A stretch of 60,040 nt of DNA. It comes from a virus. Lineage: Duplodnaviria; Caudoviricetes. The notes below the pieces were generated by a model. The model saw only the letters and a program-made list of their open reading frames with translations. It had not been told where the DNA came from and searched no databases. Shown in pieces: positions 1 to 8,512 of the stretch. Positions within the stretch are counted from its first letter, which is position 1. Each line of letters opens with the position of its first letter. The stretch is from IMG/VR virus record IMGVR_UViG_3300025083_000025, positions 1 through 60,040 of that record, one strand, 5' to 3'. The translations under genes and the position numbers were made by a program.

Positions 1-97
1 CAAATCTACTGGCGTGTAGTGTTATGTTTACTTGGTCTATCATTAACATCTCCAAGTATTTCTGTATCTCTCTTATGTGTTTCCTCTTCCTCATCAT
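1..97 (-). CDS. Partial small protein, paralog of 4280..4465
   Basis: Manual translation MMRKRKHIREIQKYLEMLMIDQVNITLHASRF... runs off the window edge and aligns with MIRKRKHIRRTEAYLRMLELDQINLTLYASRM. Confidence 0.7.
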   Translation of the reverse strand, partial: MMRKRKHIREIQKYLEMLMIDQVNITLHASRF

Positions 98-330
98 TTT
101 AGAATATCTTTAATTGCGTTCTTTAGGTGCTTAGGCATCTTCATTTCCTTTAGCATCCACTCTAAATAAGAAGTGGGTACTTCAGAAAGCTTCTTGCCTT
201 TGTGCTTACCTATTTTCATTACGCCATCTGTTATCCTAAACGGAACCTGCTTTGGCTTCTTTGTAATCTCAGTGTTGTTGTTGCCCGACATATGTGCGTG
301 CATTATCTCGGTCCTTATAAACTTACTCAT
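94..330 (-). CDS. DUF3820-like small protein
   Basis: Motif MKIGKHKGKKLSEVPTSYLEW matches the GK(H/Y)KGxxxxxxPxxYLxW signature. Confidence 0.65.
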   Translation of the reverse strand: MSKFIRTEIMHAHMSGNNNTEITKKPKQVPFRITDGVMKIGKHKGKKLSEVPTSYLEWMLKEMKMPKHLKNAIKDILK

Positions 331-402
331 CCTTTCTCCATTTATAAATTAGGTAGCCGTTCCAAGCTAATACTATAAAACATCCTATGACATCTTCAAG
401 TG

Positions 403-633
403 TCATCTCTCTTTGGTGTTAAAGGTTTGGTCATATAGTTCTTCAGTAGTCATCAACCCTCTTTGGTCTGATAAGAACCCACACTTTCTTGTATATTCAG
501 CAAACCCACACATCCTCTCTTTCTCTTTCTCAAGCATTGATTCAATCTTTTGCTCAATCATTCTTGGTGTCTCTAAATCCATTGGTAGTGTTGTTCTAAT
601 CCATTCCAACAACTCTTGCATTGGTGTTTTCAT
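403..633 (-). CDS. Small hypothetical protein, MKTPMQEL...TFNTKE family
   Basis: Shares its N-terminus, LEKEKE core and C-terminus with 630..845; ATGA overlap with the neighbouring gene. Confidence 0.75.
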   Translation of the reverse strand: MKTPMQELLEWIRTTLPMDLETPRMIEQKIESMLEKEKERMCGFAEYTRKCGFLSDQRGLMTTEELYDQTFNTKER

Positions 634-845
634 TTCTCTTTGCTGTTAAAGGTTTTGTAGAAATCTTCAAATGTTCCGTCTCCGTCACATTCATACATAC
701 CATCTTGCCAAGCAGACTCCATCACCTCTTTCTCTTTCTCAAGCATCGCCTCTGCTGCCTCAATACACGGAGCAACCTCGTAAGAGTCGCCGTACTTGGC
801 TATTTCCCACATTTGCTCAATCAGTTCTTGCATTGGTGTTTTCAT
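630..845 (-). CDS. Small hypothetical protein, MKTPMQEL...TFNSKE family
   Basis: Paralog of 403..633; stop/start overlap. Confidence 0.75.
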   Translation of the reverse strand: MKTPMQELIEQMWEIAKYGDSYEVAPCIEAAEAMLEKEKEVMESAWQDGMYECDGDGTFEDFYKTFNSKEK

Positions 846-936
846 TTCTCTTTGGTGTTAAAGGTTTGCGCCTATTTTTATATGCTTGCGCCTATAATTT
901 GACTGATAAACCCATCATTCTGTATCATCTTTGGTT

Positions 937-1068
937 TTAAAGGTCTCTTTCTACGTTTTGCCTTTCAATGTACCTGCGCCACATATTAGCGGCCCAAGCC
1001 TTTCTCTGCATCTTGTTAGGGTACACCTTCTTTAGCCTCGCATTTGCTATGCGTAGGAACTGCTTCAT
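937..1068 (-). CDS. Small basic hypothetical protein (43 aa)
   Basis: Manual translation MKQFLRIANARLKKVYPNKMQRKAWAANMWRRYIERQNVERDL fills the gap between neighbours. Confidence 0.55.
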   Translation of the reverse strand: MKQFLRIANARLKKVYPNKMQRKAWAANMWRRYIERQNVERDL

Positions 1069-1076
1069 CTTATCAC

Positions 1077-1742
1077 TCATGAGTAAATAACTTTATCAAT
1101 TGCATAGACGTCGTTGGACTCTTCAAAGACCAAGTATCCATTGCGCTCAAGCAACTGAATAAATTTCTTTGAATCTTTGTGTTTTGATTCTGCTTTAATC
1201 AATGCAGGGCGTAACGCTCTATTGTTAAAGTCTATAGATGATAGTATAGAATAGTCGTGACCCTCAGTGTCTAACTTTAAAAAGTCTACACGGGGAATAC
1301 CACCCATAAATACAGCGTCTTCATAAGTAATTGTACTTACAGTCCGTTGATCTACGAATTTCTTATTCCTTTTCACAGTGTACTCAGTAAAGGTTGACAT
1401 CCCAGCGTAATCTCTATCCTTTTTAACTTGTTCTTCCTTGTACACATCCATCACTCTGCTACCACGTTTGATGTCTACGGCAGAATTTATATACGTTACA
1501 CCCTTATAGCGGTCAAGCATATTAAGGTATTTAGTTACCGGTTCAACAACAACCCCATGCCATCCAGCATCGCCAAGAGTTTCGTTTAATGTGTCAAAGT
1601 AACACGTACCTATTTCAACAAAGTATTTCTTACCCGTTAAAAGATTAGACAATTTTTCTTTATTACCTCCTGGTGCCAAAATTCCACGTCCACCTTTTGA
1701 ATTGCGCTGAACACTACTGAGTTTCTTTTCTTCAATTGCCAT
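1077..1742 (-). CDS. FkbM-family SAM-dependent methyltransferase
   Basis: Motifs FVEIG, GWHGVVVEP, INSAV and VDFLKLDTEGHD. The true start may be downstream because of the overlap with 1637..1819. Confidence 0.85.
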   Translation of the reverse strand: MAIEEKKLSSVQRNSKGGRGILAPGGNKEKLSNLLTGKKYFVEIGTCYFDTLNETLGDAGWHGVVVEPVTKYLNMLDRYKGVTYINSAVDIKRGSRVMDVYKEEQVKKDRDYAGMSTFTEYTVKRNKKFVDQRTVSTITYEDAVFMGGIPRVDFLKLDTEGHDYSILSSIDFNNRALRPALIKAESKHKDSKKFIQLLERNGYLVFEESNDVYAIDKVIYS

Positions 1743-1819
1743 CTTTTATTTCTTCTATTATAGGTTATACTATATGTGTTAGGAATTCTAACCTCATCGT
1801 TGTTTCCGAAATTACTCAT
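1637..1819 (-). CDS. Hypothetical protein
   Basis: ORF co-oriented with the operon and following an intergenic stem-loop. Confidence 0.5.
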   Translation of the reverse strand: MSNFGNNDEVRIPNTYSITYNRRNKRWQLKKRNSVVFSAIQKVDVEFWHQEVIKKNCLIF

Positions 1820-1896
1820 ACTAAAAAAATTAAAGAGGGGGCGCCCCTTTTAAAAAGAGTTTTGCGTTATCTAAATTAAGAACGCCCCCACTTAAT

Positions 1897-2184
1897 TTAG
1901 AACGGCAAGTCACCGGCGGGCTGTGCCGCGACCGTGTCGTTCTGATTGTTCTTAGTGTACTGCTGATTCTTCGGCGCTCTTGGGTTGAACGTCGACATGA
2001 ATGCAACTCCATCGGTCTTGATCACGAAGTCGATGTTTACATTACCTGATGAGGTAAGGTACTTCTTCAACTCATCAAGTTGATGCTCTTTAAAAGAGAT
2101 ATCATACTTCACGACACCGCTGTCGTACTCCTTCTTCTCGCCTACATATCCAATGTAGACGTCTTTTTTTTCTTGTTCTGACAT
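1897..2184 (-). CDS. Putative single-stranded DNA-binding protein
   Basis: Short beta-rich body, flexible tail ending GDLPF, adjacent to exonuclease and SSAP. Confidence 0.65.
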   Translation of the reverse strand: MSEQEKKDVYIGYVGEKKEYDSGVVKYDISFKEHQLDELKKYLTSSGNVNIDFVIKTDGVAFMSTFNPRAPKNQQYTKNNQNDTVAAQPAGDLPF

Positions 2185-2198
2185 AGGTCAATAAAGAA

Positions 2199-2978
2199 TT
2201 AAATTTCCCCTTGAATAAAAAAATGACTGGCTGTGCCACCTTCTTCATAATGCGACTTGATTATGTTGAGGGCTTTAGCAACCTTCTTTCTACCGAAGTC
2301 AAGGGTTTCTTCGGATGCTTTAAATACTGCTGGTAAATATGGATAGGCCTTCTCTTGTACTACCCAATAGAAATCTTTAACCCCAAATGCTTGGGTGTAT
2401 ATGTATGCTTGTATGTCATAGCCATACGCAATCACGTCTCGTGAAAATCCTTTAACACTTCTTGAGGATTTAGAATCCGATATAAATCCATCTCCAAGTG
2501 CGTCCAAGAATCCACGTACCGGAACCGTGATTCCGTCAAAGTCAATCTCTTGTAGAAATTCTACTTGAAAATCTCCTTCAAGATATATATCACGTACACC
2601 GCTATCATCAAGACGGGTTATCATGTCCACACATTGAGTGTAATCATCTTCACTAATGAGTTCTTTACCCGTAGCCTTCTCTTGTTCCAAGGCTTTCCAC
2701 TCTTTATACTTTTTAGTCATGGCTGGGCTTTTGCCTCCGATCTCCTTGAGTATATGAGCGTCGTCTAACACATAGAACTGATCGTTAAAGACTTCGGGCG
2801 TAAACAATAGACAATCGTAAGCACTACCAAAAGTTAATGCCTTAGATGTCTTCTTGAGTTTGCCTTGCATGTATAACTCGAACAGCGCAATGTCTTGTAG
2901 TGCAAGTTTAATAGATGAGTAAGAGAGATACTTCTTACCGGTCTTATCTACTAAAGATTCAAACCATCCATTAGTCAT
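2199..2978 (-). CDS. RecE/DUF3799-like PD-(D/E)XK exonuclease
   Basis: Motifs YLSYSSIK, FGSAYD, RGFLD...DSKS, YGYDIQAYIY and VVQEK. Confidence 0.8.
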   Translation of the reverse strand: MTNGWFESLVDKTGKKYLSYSSIKLALQDIALFELYMQGKLKKTSKALTFGSAYDCLLFTPEVFNDQFYVLDDAHILKEIGGKSPAMTKKYKEWKALEQEKATGKELISEDDYTQCVDMITRLDDSGVRDIYLEGDFQVEFLQEIDFDGITVPVRGFLDALGDGFISDSKSSRSVKGFSRDVIAYGYDIQAYIYTQAFGVKDFYWVVQEKAYPYLPAVFKASEETLDFGRKKVAKALNIIKSHYEEGGTASHFFIQGEI

Positions 2979-3511
2979 ATCAGTTTATTTAATTTTTCTA
3001 ACTGACTCTTTGACAATGTGGTTCCGTACTTCTCTTTGATTTGACTTAACCTTTTAGCGCGTTCAGGTTTGTTCGAGCCTCCCTTGATATAATCAACAGC
3101 GCTTTTATAAACTTCGTTCAACGACTGCTTTGTTTCGGGCGCACCATTACTTTGTTTAGCAATAGCCATGTCTACTTCATCTGCTGTAGCAATAGATGTT
3201 TCGATACCAATGCCCAGGAATCCGAGTGCTCTACCTACTGCTGAAGTTTCGCAGTTCTCTACGTACGATGTTTGATTGATACGAGATGAACTCTTATCTT
3301 CTTGAGCCATGCCTTGAGCAACGATGTTGCCTTCCGCATTGGTTATGGTTGCCTGGATTACACATGAGTCAGCATCTAATTGCACGACGTCCGTTTGTAA
3401 TGAAAAGTTTTTGTACTCACTTAAAGTACGAAAGGCAATGACACGTTGGTTAACTTCAACGTACTGTTTGCCTTTGATGTTTGTAGTTTTAAACTGATAA
3501 GTATTGCTCAT
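2975..3511 (-). CDS. Single-strand annealing protein (Rad52/Sak-like recombinase)
   Basis: Motifs IKGKQYVEVNQRV and SYVENCETSAVGRALGFLGIG; coupled to the exonuclease gene. Confidence 0.75.
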   Translation of the reverse strand: MSNTYQFKTTNIKGKQYVEVNQRVIAFRTLSEYKNFSLQTDVVQLDADSCVIQATITNAEGNIVAQGMAQEDKSSSRINQTSYVENCETSAVGRALGFLGIGIETSIATADEVDMAIAKQSNGAPETKQSLNEVYKSAVDYIKGGSNKPERAKRLSQIKEKYGTTLSKSQLEKLNKLI

Positions 3512-3555
3512 AGCATAAATTTATTTGTACAATAATACACATTGTAATGTTAATA

Positions 3556-4056
3556 TCAAAAGAGTTTATCAATTATTTTCTTACCCGCTTCGCCTAATTC
3601 TTCTGCAAGTAATCGTATTGCATTGTACTGCTGACGGCCTCTTTCGTAAACAATAAAGTCATCCGAGCGTTGATAATCACTGTCGAATGACTCGATGTTA
3701 TTCACAAGACGCACCCCTTTCCAAGCGTTACCTTTGTTAATAAAGTAGGGCGTGTCAGGATCTTCGTCGTACATCTCTTCGCTTACGTGATCCCATGTAG
3801 ATTCACACGGCTCGTAACCAGCACCGGTTTTCTCAATAGTGTAGTAAGTGTCTCCCTCTTTAAAGGGATAGTTAGGAGTGACTTGTTCCTTGCTAATTAG
3901 TTCGGCTGTTTTATAATCCTCCCTATCGATGTGACGTATGCCGGTAATACTTACTCCAGCATCCCGTGAAAGAATTCTTCTTGCATCTTCCTCAGTGTAT
4001 GCTTCCACTTCATAGGTCAATGTGCAAGGCACTTCAAACGTGTAATTTGTTCTCAT
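3556..4056 (-). CDS. Hypothetical protein
   Basis: 166-aa ORF within the operon. Confidence 0.65.
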   Translation of the reverse strand: MRTNYTFEVPCTLTYEVEAYTEEDARRILSRDAGVSITGIRHIDREDYKTAELISKEQVTPNYPFKEGDTYYTIEKTGAGYEPCESTWDHVSEEMYDEDPDTPYFINKGNAWKGVRLVNNIESFDSDYQRSDDFIVYERGRQQYNAIRLLAEELGEAGKKIIDKLF

Positions 4057-4280
4057 AGTTTATCTTCATTTATATCGGTTATCTTCCAATCAATTTTGTA
4101 TCTATTAATCATTCGGAATACAGTTCTTGCAGTAACACCTAAATGCTTAGATGCTTCCGTTGGACTCTTGTATTTACGAAGTGCATATGTAATCATAGCG
4201 CGATGATGACGTTCAATATTCAAATCCTCTTGAGGATACTTCATGCCTTCCACTTCTTTATGTAGTTGAAACTCCCCCAT
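4053..4280 (-). CDS. Fis-type helix-turn-helix protein
   Basis: ITYALRKY..PTEASKHLGVTARTVFRMINRY resembles an HTH_8/Fis domain. Confidence 0.7.
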   Translation of the reverse strand: MGEFQLHKEVEGMKYPQEDLNIERHHRAMITYALRKYKSPTEASKHLGVTARTVFRMINRYKIDWKITDINEDKL

Positions 4281-4465
4281 TACATACGTATTAATCTTAG
4301 CCTACGTTGATACTTACGAATCAACAGCGCAGAATTAGTTAGTTGATGCTGGATGTCTTTTGACCATCCCATTCTACTTGCATATAACGTGAGGTTAATC
4401 TGATCTAACTCAAGCATACGTAGGTAGGCTTCCGTTCTTCTTATGTGTTTGCGTTTACGTATCAT
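4280..4465 (-). CDS. Small basic protein, paralog of 1..97
   Basis: Sequence similarity to the partial ORF at the left edge. Confidence 0.7.
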   Translation of the reverse strand: MIRKRKHIRRTEAYLRMLELDQINLTLYASRMGWSKDIQHQLTNSALLIRKYQRRLRLIRM

Positions 4466-4595
4466 AGCCCGACAAGGTATTTAATTACTTGCACAATACA
4501 ATAAAAGAAAGTAAAGATTGGCCCATAAAGAAAGAACCAAGCCAACGCTTCCACCAGCATAGATGGTTTGCGCTTAGGTTTAAAATCATTTTCAG

Positions 4596-4832
4596 TCATA
4601 AAAAAAGTACATTATGTCGCCATGTTTTTTGGTCGACGTTACATTCAAGTTTATAGTATCCGATAATGTCCGCAAACACATCGTCACTCACATTGTGCCA
4701 GGCCGTTATGATTGCTATGTCCGACTTGGTTATGTTACCATAAGCGTTATTCCTTTTCCAATTGTTTGCAACTTTTACAAAGTCCTTAAAGCAAAGTATC
4801 TCCATAGCATTAATCGTTTTCAATTCCAGCAT
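4596..4832 (-). CDS. Hypothetical protein
   Basis: Co-oriented tandem ORF. Confidence 0.55.
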   Translation of the reverse strand: MLELKTINAMEILCFKDFVKVANNWKRNNAYGNITKSDIAIITAWHNVSDDVFADIIGYYKLECNVDQKTWRHNVLFL

Positions 4833-5022
4833 GGACTAAATCCCTCATGCATAATTCAACAATAGATAAGTCCTGACGCACTTCTACCTCAAGCATCGCA
4901 AGTTTTTCTACTGCCTTACGTAACTTGAGTGCTTCAAAACTATGGTGTAATATCTCCGCAGTTTCAAGGGCATGATACACATCTCGTGTAATCTCCTCAA
5001 TAAGTTTTACTTGATTACTCAT
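4810..5022 (-). CDS. Hypothetical protein
   Basis: Co-oriented, overlapping tandem ORF. Confidence 0.6.
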   Translation of the reverse strand: MSNQVKLIEEITRDVYHALETAEILHHSFEALKLRKAVEKLAMLEVEVRQDLSIVELCMRDLVHAGIEND

Positions 5023-5224
5023 TTAACAATTCTTCTATGTCGTTAATAGCCAACTCAATCTCATGCTCTTGTGAGCCTCCTTCTTCAATCTCCATCATCG
5101 CTAAGTCAAAGAAGCCCATGACTTCTTCTTTTAGGTGTGGGTTATCCTCAATAGTTTTCTTACAAAAGAAAATAAACTGATCCATCATATTGTCATCCAT
5201 TTTATTTAACTGATTCGTATTCAT
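5015..5224 (-). CDS. Small acidic hypothetical protein
   Basis: Tandem ORF, D/E-rich. Confidence 0.65.
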   Translation of the reverse strand: MNTNQLNKMDDNMMDQFIFFCKKTIEDNPHLKEEVMGFFDLAMMEIEEGGSQEHEIELAINDIEELLNE

Positions 5225-5474
5225 TAATTAAACCTTCTAAGGCTTCTTCAATATCGTAACTATGCAAGTCCGCATCGGGGAATTGCTTTCGTAACACCTC
5301 GTATACAACGCGGTTAGGCATTACCCCAGCACCATCTATGTAGGTACCTCCACCGCTTCCATCATTCCAAATCTCAAATCCAAGATTGGTTTTACATTGG
5401 TATCCTAAACCTCTACGTGTTTCAAAATACCTTACGCTTTTAACGTACACCTTTGTATCCTCCATGTTATCCAT
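5202..5474 (-). CDS. Hypothetical protein
   Basis: Tandem ORF with the motif RYFETRRGLGY..IWNDGSGGGTY. Confidence 0.65.
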   Translation of the reverse strand: MDNMEDTKVYVKSVRYFETRRGLGYQCKTNLGFEIWNDGSGGGTYIDGAGVMPNRVVYEVLRKQFPDADLHSYDIEEALEGLINEYESVK

Positions 5475-5928
5475 ATATAAAATTAGGTAGACGGCTTATC
5501 TCACGGCATACCTTCACGCATTGGTCAACGATTACACGAGCATCGTACAACTCTTGCATAGCATCATTCCATATCGTGGATAATTTTGCTTCGATAACAT
5601 CACGGTCAATTTTGTCCCACTTTTTCAATTCAGCATTAGATTCTTCCAATGCCTCCATGTAGCATTCTATTGCCCCATCACGCTGGATTAACAGCGCATC
5701 ATGGTATGTCTCATCGCTATCGCCGTTGACCCTATCGAATATGCCCCACTCACTGTAATACTTGCATATTGCACGGAGGTGATTTTCCGCTACTGATTGG
5801 GCACAACCAAATCTATCCGATGTTCGATGGTCTTCTCTTTGCTGTGTTAAGACTGATAGCCCTATGTCTCGATATTGGTCATAGCGCATTTCACGAGCGT
5901 TAAATTTCATTTGCAATTTTTCTATCAT
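5467..5928 (-). CDS. Hypothetical protein
   Basis: 153-aa tandem ORF. Confidence 0.65.
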   Translation of the reverse strand: MIEKLQMKFNAREMRYDQYRDIGLSVLTQQREDHRTSDRFGCAQSVAENHLRAICKYYSEWGIFDRVNGDSDETYHDALLIQRDGAIECYMEALEESNAELKKWDKIDRDVIEAKLSTIWNDAMQELYDARVIVDQCVKVCREISRLPNFIYG

Positions 5929-5934
5929 GTTGAT

Positions 5935-6117
5935 CTATTTTTTTTGATATTCATTTAAATGCCATATGACGTCTCTTAGCGTCCCTAATGTAGCCTCACA
6001 TGAATCCCTATCGGGTACCCATGTACCTTCTTGTAGCATCTCAATGTCTTCCTGCACAAGTTTCAACCTATTCGTCATCGAGCGGATAGCGTCTTTTCTT
6101 ATTTCAATTTTTCTCAT
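5935..6117 (-). CDS. Hypothetical protein
   Basis: Start re-set to MRKIEI, which overlaps the upstream stop. Confidence 0.55.
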   Translation of the reverse strand: MRKIEIRKDAIRSMTNRLKLVQEDIEMLQEGTWVPDRDSCEATLGTLRDVIWHLNEYQKK

Positions 6118-6299
6118 GAGTTTAATTCGTCTAAGTAGACATCCCCACACCTTGCAATGAGGTCATCTATGTTAATAGTAAACTCTCCCCGTTCTTCGAG
6201 GTTTTCTCGTGCCTCTTGCCCTATTTGAAAGGCGAGGTCGTATTGTTCTTGGTCGCCTCCACCGAAGTACCAAGCCAAAAAATCTTCTTTGTTAATCAT
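6114..6299 (-). CDS. Small acidic hypothetical protein
   Basis: First gene downstream of the promoter at 6322-6367. Confidence 0.65.
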   Translation of the reverse strand: MINKEDFLAWYFGGGDQEQYDLAFQIGQEARENLEERGEFTINIDDLIARCGDVYLDELNS

Positions 6300-6321
6300 A
6301 CGAAAGTTTTAAATGATGGGG

Positions 6322-6367
6322 CAAACGTACGGCCCCTAAATTTAGATTTGCGTTAATGAAATGTTAA
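6322..6367 (-). promoter_or_regulatory. Early promoter: TTAAC-N6-TTAAC box + Bacteroidota -7 element
   Basis: TTAACATTTCATTAAC (6367-6352), a 22-nt spacer, then TACGTTTG (6329-6322). Confidence 0.75.
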
Positions 6368-6372
6368 AACCT

Positions 6373-6597
6373 CTAAGCAATGTTCCAGCCATCGTAATTG
6401 TTCAACTCATCTAACAGCGCACCATATAACTCATGGTCACGGTCAATGCCTATGTTTTCCATTTCTATTTTCATGCCCCGTATAAGGCCTTCAACTGCAT
6501 AGTTTTCAATACTGCTAATGCTTATCTCTTGCATCAGTTCTTCAATGCGTTCCTCACGCTCCTCTTTAGAGGTTAGGTGTAATCCAATTCCGTCCAT
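6373..6597 (-). CDS. Hypothetical protein
   Basis: Likely start is MDGIGLH, within ORF 6373..6663. Confidence 0.5.
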   Translation of the reverse strand: MDGIGLHLTSKEEREERIEELMQEISISSIENYAVEGLIRGMKIEMENIGIDRDHELYGALLDELNNYDGWNIA

Positions 6598-6601
6598 ACG
6601 C

Positions 6602-6925
6602 TTATTTTTCGAACCTTTTTCTTTTAAATACTTGATTAATAATTTGCTTTTGTAGGTATGCATCTAATACATTCCATTGCACCGCCATGTCATTCACTCC
6701 TAACTCCTCCCACGCTTCTTCATGATTTTGGTAGACTATAATATCTCCGTCTTTCCATCTCAGTAGTTCATGCTTCCCTTGATAGTCTACTATGACGTAC
6801 CAATTGCATAAGTATTTAGGGTGCATATATATGAGTCCCGTATCATTGACGCACTCATGATCCATTATTTGCCCTTCATCATCTACGATGTCGTAGGCAC
6901 AATTTTCACAGTGTTTGTAGTACAT
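6602..6925 (-). CDS. Hypothetical protein with N-terminal CxxC
   Basis: HCENC...HEC suggests possible metal binding. Confidence 0.6.
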   Translation of the reverse strand: MYYKHCENCAYDIVDDEGQIMDHECVNDTGLIYMHPKYLCNWYVIVDYQGKHELLRWKDGDIIVYQNHEEAWEELGVNDMAVQWNVLDAYLQKQIINQVFKRKRFEK

Positions 6926-6929
6926 AAGA

Positions 6930-7241
6930 TTAGTATTCTGCTTGTACTAAGATGTCCTTCGATTCTCGTGACACCTCCGTTATTAGGTACTCAATGCGGT
7001 TTACCATTCGATATCCACTATCAATGAATAGTTCTTCGCCTTCGCCGTCAACCAGCGTCCATATGTTTAACGCATCGTTGTCTTGATTTTCTGTTAGGAA
7101 CTGCCTATCCTCCTCACTATGGGTGCAGAAGAAAATGCTTGAACCTTTTGTGTTCAATATGGGCTTGTATTTACGCTCCCAATTTTCGAATGATAGTAAC
7201 TCGTAGTTACTTTTCTTTTCAATGTATTCCATAAGCATCAA
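6930..7241 (-). CDS. Hypothetical phage protein
   Basis: Motif IWTLVDGEG..LFIDSGYRMVNRIEYLITE; follows a tRNA-like leader. Confidence 0.7.
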   Translation of the reverse strand: MMLMEYIEKKSNYELLSFENWERKYKPILNTKGSSIFFCTHSEEDRQFLTENQDNDALNIWTLVDGEGEELFIDSGYRMVNRIEYLITEVSRESKDILVQAEY

Positions 7242-7250
7242 TTAAATTAG

Positions 7251-7327
7251 GGGGCATCGTAGGTCACGAACCTACTGAGTCAACAACATGAACCAAAACC
7301 AAACCAATTGTCTTGACATGATGCCCC
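7251..7327 (-). ncRNA. tRNA-like structured element 1
   Basis: GGGGCATC/GATGCCCC stem stacked on a GTAGG-TTCGTGA-CCTAC T-arm. No canonical D or anticodon arm and no CCA. Confidence 0.55.
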
Positions 7328-7343
7328 AAGTACATAGGGGTGC

Positions 7344-7607
7344 TTACATGGATATTCCCAATGCGCCGTTCGCTCGGCTTCGCTGATGGATTACGAATAT
7401 TGAGCATCGTTCGTATGTTTCGTCCGTTTCACAGTAAAACGATTTTTCGCTCTCCTCTAATATCTCCACAGCGTATTCCTTCATGTGGGCTACCACACCT
7501 TTAAACACCTTCTGCGCTTCCTCCATTGATTCCAAAGCGTACAAGTAATTTGATTCTTGCATATTTGATGTGTGTGCAACACAATAAGTTTTCGTGTCCA
7601 TAAGCAT
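7344..7607 (-). CDS. Hypothetical protein
   Basis: Tandem ORF; its ATGCTTATG start context is shared with neighbours. Confidence 0.6.
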   Translation of the reverse strand: MLMDTKTYCVAHTSNMQESNYLYALESMEEAQKVFKGVVAHMKEYAVEILEESEKSFYCETDETYERCSIFVIHQRSRANGALGISM

Positions 7608-7924
7608 TATTTTACTGATTCAGTTATTATTCCGCCTCTTTCCTTAGCGAATGCTTCCAACGTAGGTAGCAACGCCATGTACAATTCTTCTCCGTACACC
7701 ACACCCAAAATAGATGCGCCGACTCCGTCTTCAAAGTAAAAAGTGATTTCTTCCATAGGTATTAAATATTTGTTTCTATATCATATCCATAAACAGCGAC
7801 TTCTCCGCTATCAAACAACAATCTCATGTACTTGTATACCTTCGTTGCCGTAGGGCGTTTGCAATGCTTGATAGCCCATATTTTTCTTGGGCCGTGTTCA
7901 CTGCATTGAGTGTAAAATACGTAT

Positions 7925-8113
7925 CTATACACGATCTTCTCCGTAATACTTGCTTTCAGTACAACAAGTGCATATTAAATCCAAGCAGTCTTGAGCGTCT
8001 GCTTCGCGCTTCTCACGTTTGAACTGCTGGTCTTGGTCGTCCTCGTATCCATAGTCCGTGAAACGCTCGTTGTAGTCGGCCATATAGCCCCATAATTGGT
8101 CTTCCGTTAGCAT
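7925..8113 (-). CDS. Small acidic hypothetical protein
   Basis: First gene downstream of the promoter at 8138-8183. Confidence 0.6.
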   Translation of the reverse strand: MLTEDQLWGYMADYNERFTDYGYEDDQDQQFKREKREADAQDCLDLICTCCTESKYYGEDRV

Positions 8114-8137
8114 AAAATTGTTTTTGATTCAACGGTG

Positions 8138-8183
8138 CAATGATACACCGCCGAAAATTAGAATTGAGTTAATGAAATGTTAA
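8138..8183 (-). promoter_or_regulatory. Early promoter: TTAAC-N6-TTAAC box + -7 variant
   Basis: TTAACATTTCATTAAC (8183-8168), 22 nt, TATCATTG (8145-8138). Confidence 0.7.
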
Positions 8184-8512
8184 AGCGTACAAATTATTTT
8201 CTCCCTTCGGGCCATCGTCCTTCGCAGAACGTGTTCGTACATTCGTCGTCATGACCAACGTACTCCATACAATAACCGCACTTGTCGGCATAGAATTCAT
8301 TTTGTTCCGTCATAAATGACGCGTCGTTTGGATTTACCATACTATTTATTATTTGAATTTAGATTTATGCAATGAAATTGCAGTGTCTTCATTTTGGACG
8401 TGATATGCATTGCCTGTAATTCGTCCGTAATGAATAACTTCAAACCATGCAAAGCCTTCGCTATCAAAACTACTTTGCTGAATCGTGGTATACTCTCTCA
8501 TGTTATTGGAAT

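Larger units (their letters stand above)
403..946 (-). repeat. Gene-junction repeat AAACCTTTAACACCAAAGAGA(A/G)ATGA, left cluster
   Basis: Copies at 403-428, 630-655 and 842-867, with a degenerate copy at 929-946. Confidence 0.85.
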
